Below are positions 28,457-42,027 of a stretch of DNA of 64,000 nucleotides, in pieces. A model generated the notes under the pieces. That model was not told the DNA's origin and made no database searches. It saw only the letters and a list, made by a program, of their open reading frames with translations. Source of the stretch: Octopus vulgaris. Its lineage: Eukaryota. The position numbers and the translations under genes were made by a program. Position 1 is the first letter of the stretch, and each line of letters begins with the position of its first letter. Location: NCBI GenBank assembly GCA_951406725.2, contig OX597822.1, positions 60,450,001 to 60,514,000 of the forward strand. Direction: 5' to 3'.

Positions 28457-28654
28457 CTACAGCCCGGGTGTGTATCCTGTTACTGCTTCACTGTTTGTTG
28501 TACAAGATATACAATCAACTCTACTGGTTGCACAGCTTTACCCCCTTGTATATATTCACGAAGAGATATAGAAATCTTAATGCTCAGAACAGCCTTGGTG
28601 TTCAACTTTACCAACCAAGTTTTCGTCAATTACTCAAAGACATACTATCATCCG
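28457..28654 (+). CDS. Candidate upstream exon of the filamin-like gene
   Basis: ctgcag| acceptor and |gtaaga donor, 198 bp. The open frame (TARVCILLLLHCLLYKIY...RQLLKDILSS) ends in phase 1, compatible with the phase-1 acceptor at 31551. Homology is weak. Confidence 0.4.
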
Positions 28655-29419
28655 GTAAGAAATATATTTTATTCTTGTATTTTTAGCAATCAGAGTTGTT
28701 GTTGTTGTTGTTGTTGCTGCTGTTGTAGCTAGTGCTGCTGTAACAACTTCTGATAATGATTTTCTTTAGCTTTCTTGGTAAAGACAGAAATCCAGCTGTT
28801 AATTTCGCAGGTCTAACAACTTAATATTTCCTTCATTATTGGCTCTGTTTTGTAGTGGGGTTTTCTCGTCGAACTTTGTAATTCATGCTCTTTAGCGAAT
28901 TTGAAATAAACTTTCAATATTTTTGTCCGACCAGGAATATCGTTATTATGGACTTAATCGTAGTATATTACAAGTAAATATGCCACATATAAACAACGAG
29001 GATTACTGCTAATCATTTTAAGCATGGTACAGTTTGACATTTGATAATTCAGAGTCAATAAAGAGTGTCAGTAATGTTCACAAGTGAATGCTATTAATGT
29101 TCGAAGACATTAGAATCGTTAAGACGCCAGAAAAAATGCCCTGTCTACTTTGTTCGGAGTTCATATCACGAGTCGAATCTGCTTTTCAGCTTTCCATCGT
29201 TGATAAAATAAAGTACCAGTCATGTACCAATCTAAACTGTTAGCCTTGTTTCGAGATCAAAAACTTTTTTATTATTATTGTTCTTTTTAACGCAGTTTTT
29301 GTTGGAACTTCTGGAGTCTTGCACGCCTAGCGAGCTTGCTACCTGCAGCCTACAGTAACATGCGATCTGTTCTTTACAACTATCTAATACTTTTCTTGAT
29401 TACCCAAGGCGTGCCAAGG

Positions 29420-30070
29420 ACGTGAATGGCAGCGAAAGTGGCGCCTTTAGATTAGTGGCGGTTTATGCTTCAACAGGGGCTGGAAGGCCAGATTTCTTCA
29501 GGCATCTAGAAACATTCTTGGGAACGTCTCGCACTTTAGTACTAGTGGGGGACTGGAATAGTATTTTGGACGCACGGAAGGACTGTGTGGGTTTAGTACA
29601 TAGAAGGAGTGGGTGTAAAAACCTCGAAAATCTGTTCAGGACTTTCCAGCTTTGTGACAGTTACTGTAAACATCTGGCAAGAGACTGCCTAACAAATCTG
29701 GCATGAAAACATAGAATTCGTAGGGCAGACTTTACTAATAGCCTCCTCTAGTTTGCTAACTAGTTCTCTCTCTAATCTATTTCTTTGTTAAATCTTTACT
29801 AAACGCTATCAATTCTACTCTAATCGCTGTCTTCAGAGCGATCCACCACCGGTTGTTGACGACAGCCCCCGTCAACTGCCGCTTAACTAGTTCACTAATC
29901 CGGTCCCTGTAGTCTTTGAGAGTCGGTAAGGACACATTCAACTTTCAGTAACCGGATCCCTGTCTACGGGTCCAATCTAAATCGACTGAGCATATCACAA
30001 ATTTGTGATGTGTAGCCGACCGATTTAAATCATGGACAACCTATGCTATACCTATCCTCTGACCTAACCA

Positions 30071-30115
<45 letters not shown>

Positions 30116-30180
30116 AATGGAATGCCTGGTGTGTGTCTTGTTGTGGACACCCCCTCCTAAAAGAATGGGGAATAGGTATG

Positions 30181-30215
<35 letters not shown>

Positions 30216-31262
30216 CAGGTATTCCATTCATTTCCTACCTCAAAGAGGCGAACCCCGTTCTATGCTTGGGTGCAGGCATAGAACGCAACCCTCAATATCA
30301 GCAGAGGGGCCCGACAGCATCATGCTGGTTCCGTACCCTTTTGAGCAACATCAAATTCACTCATCCGTCCACAAACACTCTCTAAGCTTTCCTATCGTTT
30401 ATAAACCCTCTTGCCTCTCTCACTCCAACACCACTAACCAACAAAGCTTTCCTCGCTCCATCCATCTGCACAAACCGAGATTTGCCTCTGGTTCTGCTGC
30501 CTTCCACTTCTGCCTTCATCACCCTCCTTACCATCCGCTCCTCATTCATCCTCTCCATGTGGCCAAACCACCTCAACATTCATCCGTCTATCCATTTTGG
30601 TTGTTAGTTTTTCTCTCATTCCAGGGGTGGGGGCGCTACCGGTTCGAGATAAACTTTACGGGCACGTTTGTGCTGTCAGAACGCCGAAACCGTTCTGCGT
30701 GCACTCGTTCCGAGAATTGTTGACTTGTGGAATTATGTCGAACAGCTGCTGTGACATGTGAGACGGATCTGTCTGTTAGTCGAGTCCATAATGATGATTG
30801 CCTCGCCGCCCTCCTTTAATTGGGCAGGCTAGGCAGTTTTCCTTTCTCTGGTGGCTGTGGCGAAAGAGGTTGTCTGGTGGACGAGGCTCTAAGGAATGAG
30901 GATTGAAACTTTCCTCTTTGGTAAAACCCTCATGGACTTTTTCAAGTTTCACTTGAAAAGGAAAGTGAAGGTGAAGAAAGAGGTGCTGTCCTCGAGTGAA
31001 TTTATAAAAAGGTGGGTGAAAGTTGCGAACTTAGTATTCAGGGTGATCTTTGATGGTGGGGTTCCTCAATTATCCCTATAGGTTCTCCTGTATCAGGGGG
31101 ATCCCATCACTCACTTTTGTCCCCTCTTCTTCTAGTGTCGTATACTATGTACACATCCTTCTAATATATACCGTGTGTACTTTTTATTTTATCATTCCAT
31201 TATATGTAAATCCCCACACATTATATCTGCTTTTGTGTCTGTCCATGGTGGCAAATAAAAGA
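29420..31262 (+). mobile_element. Rearranged L1/Tx1-like LINE: APE fragment (+), inverted internal piece ~29710-30065, C-terminal piece ~30590-31040 and 3' end
   Basis: GAFRLVAVYA..RPDFFRHLE..LVLVGDWNSILD; LWNYVEQLL; KEVVWWTR; FFKFHLKRKVKV; aataaaa at the 3' end. Confidence 0.7.
30230..30590 (-). mobile_element. RTE-clade LINE 3' fragment nested in the L1/Tx1 relic
   Basis: LRWFGHMERMNEERMVRRVMKAEVEGSRTRGK is the typical RTE C-terminal motif. Confidence 0.75.
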
Positions 31263-31269
31263 ACTCATT

Positions 31270-31301
31270 GTTATTATTATTATTATTATTATTATCATTA
31301 T

Positions 31302-31394
<93 letters not shown>

Positions 31395-31419
31395 CAGCAG
31401 CAGCAGCAGTAGCAGTAGC

Positions 31420-31471
<52 letters not shown>
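31270..31471. repeat. (TTA)n(TAG)n microsatellite just upstream of the CH exon
   Basis: Directly visible. Confidence 0.95.
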
Positions 31472-31550
31472 TTTGCTTCTGTTGCTATTGCTGTTAGTAC
31501 ACTGTTTCCCGTGTGTTCACATGTTTTTTACCATTGTCGATATGTTGCAG

Positions 31551-31777
31551 AAAAACAACGAAAGGTGAATCTACTGATATGGATCTCGAATGTTCTTCCA
31601 CAATTTCAAGTGACCAATTTCCACACGAGCTGGAACGATGGAATTGTTCTATGCGCTCTTCTAAACGCCGTCTGCCCGGGTTTATGTCCACACTTTACCT
31701 TCCTGCAGCCTCACAACCGTGTCAATAACTGTCGTCTGGGACTACAGTTGGCAAACGACCATTTAAATATACCTACG
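31551..31777 (+). CDS. Filamin-like gene, calponin-homology (CH2-type) domain exon
   Basis: ttgcag| ... |gtgagt; KVNLLIWISNVLPQFQVTNFHTSWNDGIVLCALLNAVCPGLC...NNCRLGLQLANDHLNIPT resembles filamin CH2; phase 1 to phase 0. Confidence 0.9.
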
Positions 31778-32170
31778 GTGAGTAATATGACTTGAGGACA
31801 ATATCGCACAACTGGTTAGTAATTGAATGCACTCACTCATATATAATATAATATGATATGATATAATATATATGCTTGTATGCATGTATGTGTGTGTGTG
31901 TTCGTGTATGTATGTGTGATGAAAAAACAGACTAACAGTAATGGGTGTAAGGAAAGTATTCACACGGAAAGTTGCATGTACAAATAAGTGATGTTATCAA
32001 ATTTTTTACAGCTGTTTCGAATAATCGCTCACCGCTGCCATAAGCATGCATATTATGTTGATAAGGTCCAATAGTAGTATTTCAAGCGTATGGATTGATA
32101 CGGAGTTTCAGAGACCCTTAAGGCACAATCATAGTATCCGCTGACAAATAGCACAGTACAGAATATTGTT

Positions 32171-32210
<40 letters not shown>

Positions 32211-33281
32211 CAATAAGAAAAAATGTAAGAATGGTTGAAGAGAAGTTATGGTAAGAAGTATGAGGAGACAAAGGGAAAGAGGAGAGATGGAGAGTAAAGG
32301 ATTGGGTCTCTATGGAGAATTAGTAATTTTAGCAATTTAAAATCGCCAGTTAACAGCTGCAAGAAATAAACTAGGCCATAGAGTAAATGTTAGAGAAAAT
32401 TGTTATGGAAACTGGATCAAAGGAGGTCCGGTTTCTAACAAAGAAATAAATTAACAGTGAGACAGAAATGTATTAGGCCAGCCGATTTCAGAGACACATA
32501 ATAGATGCTTAGCATTACCATAAATGATAGCCGACCAAAAATGGTAGGAAAGTGATAAAAAGATAAAGACAAAAATCGTAAGACTCTAATAGGACATAGT
32601 TATGAACATTTTAAAGTGTGCATTTCGCGTTGATCAGTAAAACTGGGGGAGGAGAGGAAATGATGGCGTACTGGTATGAGAGAAAGAAGAAAGAGACGCA
32701 CTGGTGGGCATGCTAAAGACGTGAAAAACTTAAATGTAGTCAAATATAGCGGTAAGAGAAATATAAGAGTTATAAAGGCAGTATGATAGCGAAAGAGTCT
32801 TAGAACAAAATGGGAAGGCTTAATTAGTTCGGTCAGAACATAGTGATTTATGGTAATAAGAAAAAGTTTTGCAATACTGGTGGCACCAAGAGGTGATTAC
32901 GCTAGAGAAGCGATTAAAGAGACGGTCTTTATTCTCATACTAAGAGACTCACATCAGGATAAATTACATGGTGGTCGGTTTCTGTGTACGGTATTCCATC
33001 TTCAATTATGGACCAGGCAATGTCATAGATAATATCCTAATTTTGATGTGGTGGATGTGGATGTAGATCGACTTTTAGTGATATTCCTGAAGGAGCTCAG
33101 ATGGGCAAGAAATCGGCGCTTAAAATTGATCGATACGCCAACATAAATTCTAACAGAAAAAGCCCGTGTGGCGGTAACAGTTAGGGTATTGTTATGTAAT
33201 TATATAGAGATGGTTTTAATATACTAATAAATGTATGATTTTCACAAATCTCTTAAACGATTATTTCTTTGTATTTTTTAG

Positions 33282-36200
33282 TCGTTGATTGCACCGGAAG
33301 AAATCGCCATAGCAAACAATGACAGCACTGCAAACAAAATATTTCGATTAGCTTACATGATTAAACTTACAGCACAGCATCAAAAATGGATAAGTTTCAA
33401 TGATGGCAACGACATTCCGGAAAATCCTACCGATCACTCTAGCAGCACTTTAGTTATCAGTGGTTCTGGTTATAAACATGCAACGGTCGGAAGGAAATCT
33501 CAGTTTACTATTTCAAGCCTGCAGAAATTTCCAACGTATTTGAAAATTAATATTCTTGGGCCGAGTGCCTCAGATAGTTTTCCTCAGAAATTGCTCAGTT
33601 CAACCATTACTAACTTGCAGACTGATCTGAATCGTCAACAAACTAAGACATTTAGTAATCCTATCCTTGATTATCACAGTGATGGAATATTTGAGATAGA
33701 TAATAATGGCTTAGAAATAATTCCTTACGATTACAAACTGTCGATGAACGGTACCTCCTTGGTTAGTTATATACCTCGTAAAACGGGTGTCCACTATATA
33801 AGTGTTCAACGCCACGATACTGATATCGATGGTAGCCCATTTCGAGTGATAGTTAGCCATCCGATTTCATCTAATCCAAATTCAAAAACATTACTTCTGA
33901 AAAGTCTTTCTGTTGATACACCCGCTCTATGGGACAATAATAGGCAAGTGAAAGTGAAGAAATTACGAGTGATTCGCAGAACTGTATTACCGAATAAAAT
34001 CGAAGAAAATAACGATATATGTGATATTTCGAAGAGCTCCACAGATGTTAACAATACTGACAAAGACGTATCCAGTGATTCATCACATCTTTTTGCAGAT
34101 ACCAATTCAGTGACATCACAAGGTGGTCTTGTATCAATATCAGTAGCTTCAAACCCTTCATCAGAAAGTATAGTAGTAGACGGTTCACCTGGCATAAATA
34201 CATCAACTGACACAACATATACAAACAGTAGTTCCTCAAGTGATACACCGGTTGAGAACATTCAAGCTATTTATTTACTAAACCCTGGAGACTCACCAAA
34301 CGAATTTTACACTCCTTCTGCGTCTCCAAGATATTTCAGTAATGACAGGGAAACATATTCCTCTGAAAGTGATGACGATTCGACATACTATGAGTCAAAA
34401 GACTCGGATGAACCAGCACAAGGGTTGGTATTTCTTGAAAGAATGCAATCGTGTTTGAATGCAGAGAGAGTCGGCAAAATTAGTATAGGTTCTGCGAGCA
34501 GTGCTTTTAACAAAGTTATCACACAGAAAAGACGGTCATCACCTTATTCAGAAAAATCTTCTAAATTATCTCATGTAGATGGCAACCTCCGTACAACAGA
34601 AAATATTGCGGAACTCTGTTCTTCGGAAAACAATCACTGTAAAACAAATTTAGCAGACAGAGGCCGATACCGTAGATCCTTCAGCTGCAATTCAAGTTTA
34701 CATGATTCACCGAAATCTTTAAAAAGACAAAGATCCATGGAAGTCTTTAATTGGTTAGACAATATAAATTCCCCAAGTTCTGACGAATCGCATCACAGCA
34801 GAAAATTTTTATTGCAACAGCCAATATCTCTACTTTGCAAAAATATTCAAATGAATGAAAAAATTACCAAAGACGATGGCTTTAATTCAAGTCTTGAATG
34901 CTCGTCTCGCAGTTTATACCATGATGAGAAAGAAACATTTGGTTTTGACTCCCCTCAGAATGACAGTAAGACTAGATCACTGAGGAAGAACAAAACATTT
35001 TCCGTTCACACACCTACATTTCCGAGGCTTCCTTTAGAAAACATGGAAGTTCATAGATGGAAAAATACCTCAACATGCTGTGAAAGTCCTAATTCATTGT
35101 CTCCACATGAAACATTTCATGAAGACTCTCGAAGCCCGCCATTTATATGGCAACAGCAGAGTCGATGTAAAAAATGTTTACATGCATTTAATGGCAATCA
35201 AACAGGTGTTGGATGTCCATTCTATCACCATGATGAAAGTAAATGTAATGGGGAAAATCCAAATAAATGTTCTCATAATACTTCTGGATGTCTTCCATCT
35301 TGTGGAATACATTCTAGGATTGCCTCTGCTCCACACTACTGCAGTCACATGTCAAATAAATCTAATTCGTCTTCTATCTCAACGGAGAGACAGGAGGATG
35401 AAGGTAAGATTTTTAAATCGGAGGTTAAAATTTTCCTCAAAACCCCGCGGAACAAGCACAATTCACGAGTATATTATGACGGCAAGTGTCAAAATAAAAA
35501 CAGTTCCAAATGTGAAAATAGTCTGACGGTGAAGAAACGCAAGTTATTAGTATTACATAATTACAATGTCGATGGTAAAAACGAAGCTTTGAATAGTACA
35601 GTCGATAGCAGTGCTCTCGCATCTACAAATTCGAACAAAGAAGTCCCCACTATTATTCTCGAGAAAAATACAATCTCTAACGAAAAAGAAAATATGGGAA
35701 GAGCAGAAGATACGAGCCAATGCTATGTTCAGAACTGGTTAAGAGAATCGGCCAAAGTTCCCGTGCGTCAATTCACAATAGAAACCAATGACAGTGGTAT
35801 TGCTATAAATTCTAGATCTCCTTCCCCACAAAGAACTCAAGAATTTAATGAAAGGAGTACTATGAAAAGAAAAAGCGTTTGTGATGTTACAACAACACCT
35901 TTTACAAAATATTCCGAATTTAAGAAGAAAGAATCTGACCATTTTAAACGCACGGAACACTTCGTAGAAAAATCGTCTGCTAAACATCTTTATGACTTAA
36001 GTAACGTAAATGAATATGAGAGCTTTCAACAGTTCAAACCTAACGAGATGGAAATGCATCGAGAAAATTTCAAAAACAATTCAGTGAAATATATGACACC
36101 AGAAATCTTCGGAGATTTGGAGGAATTTCTTTCTAGTGAACTGTATAATGGGGCTTTGTTGCAAGCAATTTTAAATCCTAATGAAATAGACAAAAACTCC

Positions 36201-37196
36201 CCTGTGAATAATGGCAATAGATATAACAGAGTGGATGACTCAGTTCGTCAGAAATATTTAACTGTTCCTTATGACTACCGGAAAAGGGATGATAGAAGTG
36301 ACATTTATTCTGGTGATTTCTCCCCTGAAACGAGTGAACAGATACCTTTCGAAAAACTTAATTCTGGACACAGATGGTCTGAAATTTCAGAAAAATCAGG
36401 ATTATATTGGGATAATACATTAGAAAGACGGAAGAGTGACATTCCACAAGTTGGACTATGTCAGAACTATTACAGTGACTATCCTACAAGTAATCAACCA
36501 TCAGGTTTATATAGGGGATCTTTTGTACGTCAGTACCAATCTTACCCTCACGGGCTCAACGAACTACCACTAACTGATACCGAAGAAGAATTATATATCA
36601 ACGAAAGGCTTGATAACCAGACATTTACGTCAGTGTCTAACCCATCAGAACAAAATATGTATTTCCAACACTTTGAGAGATCAGATGCTACGAATGTATC
36701 ATCTTTGGCAGACATTGAGGAATTGGCTTCAATTGATGAACCAGCACTGGATGAGCTGCCTAAATGTCCCGGCTGTAACTGTTGTTCGAACCGAGTGAAT
36801 AGCAGTCAAAAGTTTTATGATACAAACAAAATGAAAACTAGCGAAACACGCGTGTTACATAACGGCTTCGAGGTAGGAAACATTGAAACAGGAAATATTT
36901 ATCCTACAAACAGAGGTGTTCAAGAACAAAACGGTTCATTTCTAGGAGATTATACACTGTCAGACACTTCCCTTCATCAATGGTATATCAATGAATCAGA
37001 ATTAAGTCATTCAAGTGATTGGCCACCAAGCAGCATTTCTATGGCAACTCACGAATTACTTCCCCCAAGCATGGAATGTCTGTTTATGTCTCTTCATAAA
37101 GCAATAGCGGCGACTGAAGAAAGACCCGACAGCGTGTGCTATGCACTTGGACCAGGACTTGAAATTGGTTACGTGAAGACTCTCAATTTCTTTCAG
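33282..37196 (+). CDS. Filamin-like gene, 3,915-bp exon: end of CH, Ig-filamin repeat, long Ser-rich low-complexity region, start of second Ig repeat
   Basis: tttttag|TCG TTG ATT (SLIAPEEI continues CH in frame); ISGSG...LKINILGP...VSYIPRKTGVHYISV...IDGSPFRVIV; ends CYALGPGLEIGYVKTLNFFQ|gtaagt; phase 0-0. Confidence 0.9.
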
Positions 37197-38654
37197 GTAA
37201 GTTTCCAAGCATAAAATAAATATTTGATATAGAAAGTAGAGTATGAGAAGACTGGGGAAGGATAATTAAATGAGTAAAATAAGCATTTTAAAGTGGAAAT
37301 AGATTGGTTTGCATTGAAGAAGAATGTACTCCTCTTTTGAGCTATATTTGATCTTTAGTTTCAAAACAAAACAACTTTACATTCCAGTTTAAGCGTACCA
37401 ACTTTTGCTTATTCAATATAGTTAACGCCCAGTATTACGTTGCGTGAGAGATGAATTACTCGTGTGCCGGAACTAGGACGCACTTTCAGTATCTAGTAGG
37501 GATTTGATTTTGTTTAAGTCGCGCCTCTGAAAATGTTACTTTTCAGTTCCCAATATTCCCTAATATATAATTTCAATATCATGCATGAATAATGATGTTA
37601 GGAGATAGCAATCTTCTTGTAAAGCTATTTTTTGGGTTCGGATGGGGAACGAGGAACAAATCAAGCTATAGTTAGAATAAAACGTTACGTTTTCAGACCT
37701 GTGTTCTACTCATAACTGGGTGAATTAGAGACAGGACATCATTGTGTAGCTAAATCAGATCTAACTGAATGTAGCGACAAAAAATGTTATACTTTATTCA
37801 AATTTAACTTATAATGTAGAGAAAAAGAAATCTGGTTAATGATTAATAGTGAGAATGAAAGACAGGTAGATAACTCTGAAATTGAAATTAGTAAAAAAAA
37901 ATCAATTAAATGGGGGAATGCAATGGGATGTGACACTGACTTTTAGTAAGTATCGTGAATACTTTGGATATGTTTGTTTTATTAATCTTTCTTATTAAAC
38001 TATCGTCTTTATGTATATTTGCCAGTCCGTATGATAACCGAATGCTATAGTTTGAGTTAATAGATTTTGACGAGTGTGACAATTTAAACAAGGGTGAGGG
38101 AGAGGATTAATCTAGTAACATATCTTAATTGAGCGATAATTTACTCGCCTGGCACATCAAAAGACAAGGCACATTAAAAGATAACGTAGAGTCTCAGAAG
38201 TTTCCATCATACAAGACTAGAAGCAAAATATCTCTTTAATCACTCGACTGACGTAAAGATATAAGACACAGTTTTGAGAATCTACGTGATCATTCGACCT
38301 GCGAGAAATACTTTTGAAATCGCCCCTAAAAATATCTTTAGTATAGGACACACCATAGATACTCTAGAAATAAATCTTATAGCTTGGCTGGAACGTCTTT
38401 GATCATACGGCCATTCTATAAGGCTTTAATTGCATTATATCAGTTAATTTGTAGTCAATGAGTCGGACCAGTGACTTGCTTTCGCTTCTATGTTAAACTA
38501 ACTCACTTCACATCGGCCGTACTCTGAACATATCGATCGCTTCTTAATTTAAATACCTGTGTATGAAACCCTCGCACTTCCGTATTTTCTCTCGGCCACA
38601 TCATTACCATACTCCTTTTCGTCGTCGTCGTTGTTGCTGTTGTTGTTATTACTG

Positions 38655-38725
<71 letters not shown>

Positions 38726-39282
38726 GAGTGAGAGAGCAGTGCATGCCATCAAAGTGACACTGGGGTAAAATTTACGAAGCCCAGTATACCCATCATGACT
38801 ACCTGTCTGATAAGGGTACACCAGGCACATGCATCACAACCATCTGTGTGCGACATGGTGATCTAATGTCAAGATAAACAGCATATGACCTTGCAGGTGG
38901 GGCCCAGTTAGAATTTTCTTCTGGTCGAGTAACCCATCCCGCTCAAAAGGTCCCTGAATAAGGGTTGTTTAAGGATGTTGAACGAAACACCCATGTTTCC
39001 AGAGGTGAATTATTCAAACTCCAAAGAATCCCTCTCAACACATGGCTATGATGCTCCCCCACTACTTCTACTCATGATCAGAGATGCACATATCATCAGT
39101 CACTAAGGGACATGCTCAACTGGTTAAGGCCAAACAACTGACAAGCAAATCTGTGGTATTGAGCAGAATATTTGCTTGTTGCCCATCTTTTATACCAAGA
39201 CAAAACAGTGTACATGATAACACTTCCAATCAGTTAAGATCAGAAGCCATGAGAGCCACTGCCTGGTACTGCATCAGGGCAT
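38726..39282 (-). mobile_element. Longest (~555 bp) copy of the non-coding (AAT)n-associated element
   Basis: (TTA)n on both sides on the + strand; homologous to 14126-14611 and 41709-42027; no tRNA boxes or credible ORF seen. Confidence 0.85.
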
Positions 39283-39489
39283 TTATTATTATTATTATTA
39301 TAATCATTATTATTATTATTTGATGAAAACTCACAGCTTGTTTTGCTGGGCATGATGGCATGTGCCAGCTGTCCATCGGGGTCGAGGAAATAAGTACCAG
39401 TGAAACATTGAGGTCGTTGTAATCGACTAGCCCCCTCCCCTAAAATTCCAGGCTTTGTGCCTATTGTAGAAAGGATTATTATTATTATT

Positions 39490-41632
39490 GAGTAGTTGTA
39501 TTTTTATAGCGTGCTTTCACTTCACTACCGAGCGCAGCTCTGTGTGCCTTGGGTATGTGCTGTGATTTGTTGTGATGCTCTAATGGTTATTGTATGGAAA
39601 GTGTTCTGCGTAGGATATGTGCAGTGCCTAGTAGTGCAATTTTCTGTATGTTATATGTGTTTGTAAGTCCTGGTGTTTTTGTTATGTATTTGTCTGAATA
39701 TTTTTTATCATGCCTAATGCGCCTACTATGATAGGAATTGTTTCTGTTTTTAGATTCCACATTCTGGTTACCTCTATTTCCAGGTCTTTGTATTTTGAAA
39801 GTTTCTCCATTTCTTTTAGAGAAACATTGTCATCTCCCGGTATTGATACATCAATTAGAAAGCATTTTTTTTCTTCATGATCTCTGACAACTATATCTGG
39901 TCTGTTGGCCTTAATTTCTCTATCTGTGTGTCTCGGCATATCCCAGAGTATGGTTGCTTTCTCGTTTTCTGTGACCTTTTCTGGTGTGTGCCTATACCAT
40001 CTTTTTTCTGTTGTTATTCCATAGTGTTGGCATAGCTTCCAGTGTATGGAGGGTCCAACTCTGTCATGTCTGTGAATATATTCCTTCTTAGCCAGGACTG
40101 GGCAGCCAGAGATAATAGGATTTATTGTTTCTTGTCCATCTCCACATATTCTGCAGTTACTTGTTATATTTATTTTCATTACATGTTTTTGGTAATTTCT
40201 GGTGGGGAGGCTTTGATCTTGTGCTGCAATTAAAAATCCCTCTGTCTCTGCTTTGAGTCCCGAGCTTCTCAACCATTGCTGGGATTTTTCTTTGTCTATT
40301 TCTTTTGCATTTAGTTTAGTCCAGTAAAGGAGGGGTTTTTCTTGCCATCGTTTTATCATGGTTCTTTGCTGTTCTAGTTTTAGTTTGGATTTCATTTGTT
40401 TTATAGCTTTTGTTGTTTCTTGTATCAGTTTTCCTTCCATCTGAAGTAGATATTTTTGCAGTCCTATGGTGGTTATTTTATAGTAGTTTTCCAGCTGTAT
40501 AAGGCCTCTACCACCTTCTATACGCTGTATATATAGTCTTTCTATGTCAGATTTTGGGTGATGCATCCTAGATCCTGTCATTATTTTTCTTGTTTTCCTA
40601 TCTATTTTGGTCAGTTCATTTAGTGTCCAGTCAAGGATATTGTAGCTATAACTTATAACTGGGACAGCTAAAGTGTTAATAGCATTGAGCTCTGTTTTTA
40701 GTATTGATCTAACTCGTCTATAATATTCTTTTTTTATTTTCTCTTTCATTTGTGTGTGTTGTGTCTTATCTAGTTCATGGATTCCTAAGTATTTGTAAGT
40801 TTGGCTTTGGTCTAATTCTTTTATTTCATTGGTTTTATCTAGTGTGATGTTGCTACTCTTAACTAGTTTTCCTCTTTTCATGGTTACTTTGGCGCATTTT
40901 TCTAATCCAAATTTCATATCTATTTCTTTGGTAAATCCATGAACTGTCTTTAATAGTGTTTCCAGCTGTTTGTCATTTGCAGCGTATAGTTTTAGGTCAT
41001 CCATATATAAAAGTTCTATTTAGCATATCAGATAGAGGTGACAGTGTCAAGCAGAAAAGGAGTGGAGAGAGCGTGTCTCCCTGGAATATTCCTCTTCTAA
41101 TGGGGATGGCTTTGGTTTTCATGAGTCCCTCTTTTGTTTGGAGCTGTAGCACTGTTTGCCATTTATTCATAGAGTGCCCTATGAATTTTATAATTGTTGG
41201 TGCTACTTTGTTAATGGTTAGTGTTTCGAGGATCCATGTGTGGGGGATGCTATCAAACGCCTTTTTGTAGTCGATCCAGGCCATACTGGGGCCTTTCTTC
41301 TTTCTGTGACTGTCTTCAGTTATGGCTTTATTAATCATTAGTTGATCTTTACAGCCATATGAGCCTTTGCGGCATCCTTTCTGCTCTTCTCGAAACAGGT
41401 TGTTTTCGTCCAGGTGCTTGTTCAACCTTTGCGATATCACTGCAGTAAATGCCTTGTACATTGTAGGGAGACAAGTTATTGGTCTGTAGTTTTCTGGTTT
41501 TGCTGTCTCATTTGATTTGGGAATTAAGATGGTTTCCCCTTCGTGAGTCATTCAGGCATTGTCTCTGGCTCTGCTAGTATGTTGTTAAAGTTTTCAGCCA
41601 GCTTTTTGTGCATTCCTGTTAGATATTTCAAC
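39490..41632 (-). mobile_element. R4/Dong-like LINE, ~2.1 kb, RT + REL endonuclease, 5'-truncated and frameshifted
   Basis: NYRPITCLPTMYK, EQKGCRKG, WIDYKKAFDSIPH, GIFQGDTLSPLLF, YMDDLKLYA, YKYLG, CRICG..RHD..NRPD..KYKDL; (TTA)n on both sides. Confidence 0.93.
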
Positions 41633-41671
41633 CATTATTATTGTTGTTGTTGTTGTTGTTGTTGTTATTAC

Positions 41672-41708
<37 letters not shown>

Positions 41709-42027
41709 GAGTGAGAGAGCAGTGCATGCCATCAAAGTGACACTGGGGTAAAATATACGAAGCCCAGTATACCCATCATGACTACCCGTCTGATAAGGGT
41801 ACACTAGGCACATGCATCACAACGATATGTGCGCGACATGGTGATCTCATATCAAAATAAACAGCACATGACCTTGCAGGTGGGGCCCAGTTAGAATTTT
41901 CTTCAGGTCGAGTAACCCATCCCACTCGAAAGGTCCCTGAATAAGGGTTCTTTAAGGATGTTGAACGAAACACCCATGTTTCCAGAGGTGAATTATTCAA
42001 ACCCCCCAAAAATCCCTCTCAACACAT
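41709..42027 (-). mobile_element. 5'-truncated copy of the (AAT)n-associated non-coding element
   Basis: Colinear with 38726-39040. Confidence 0.85.
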
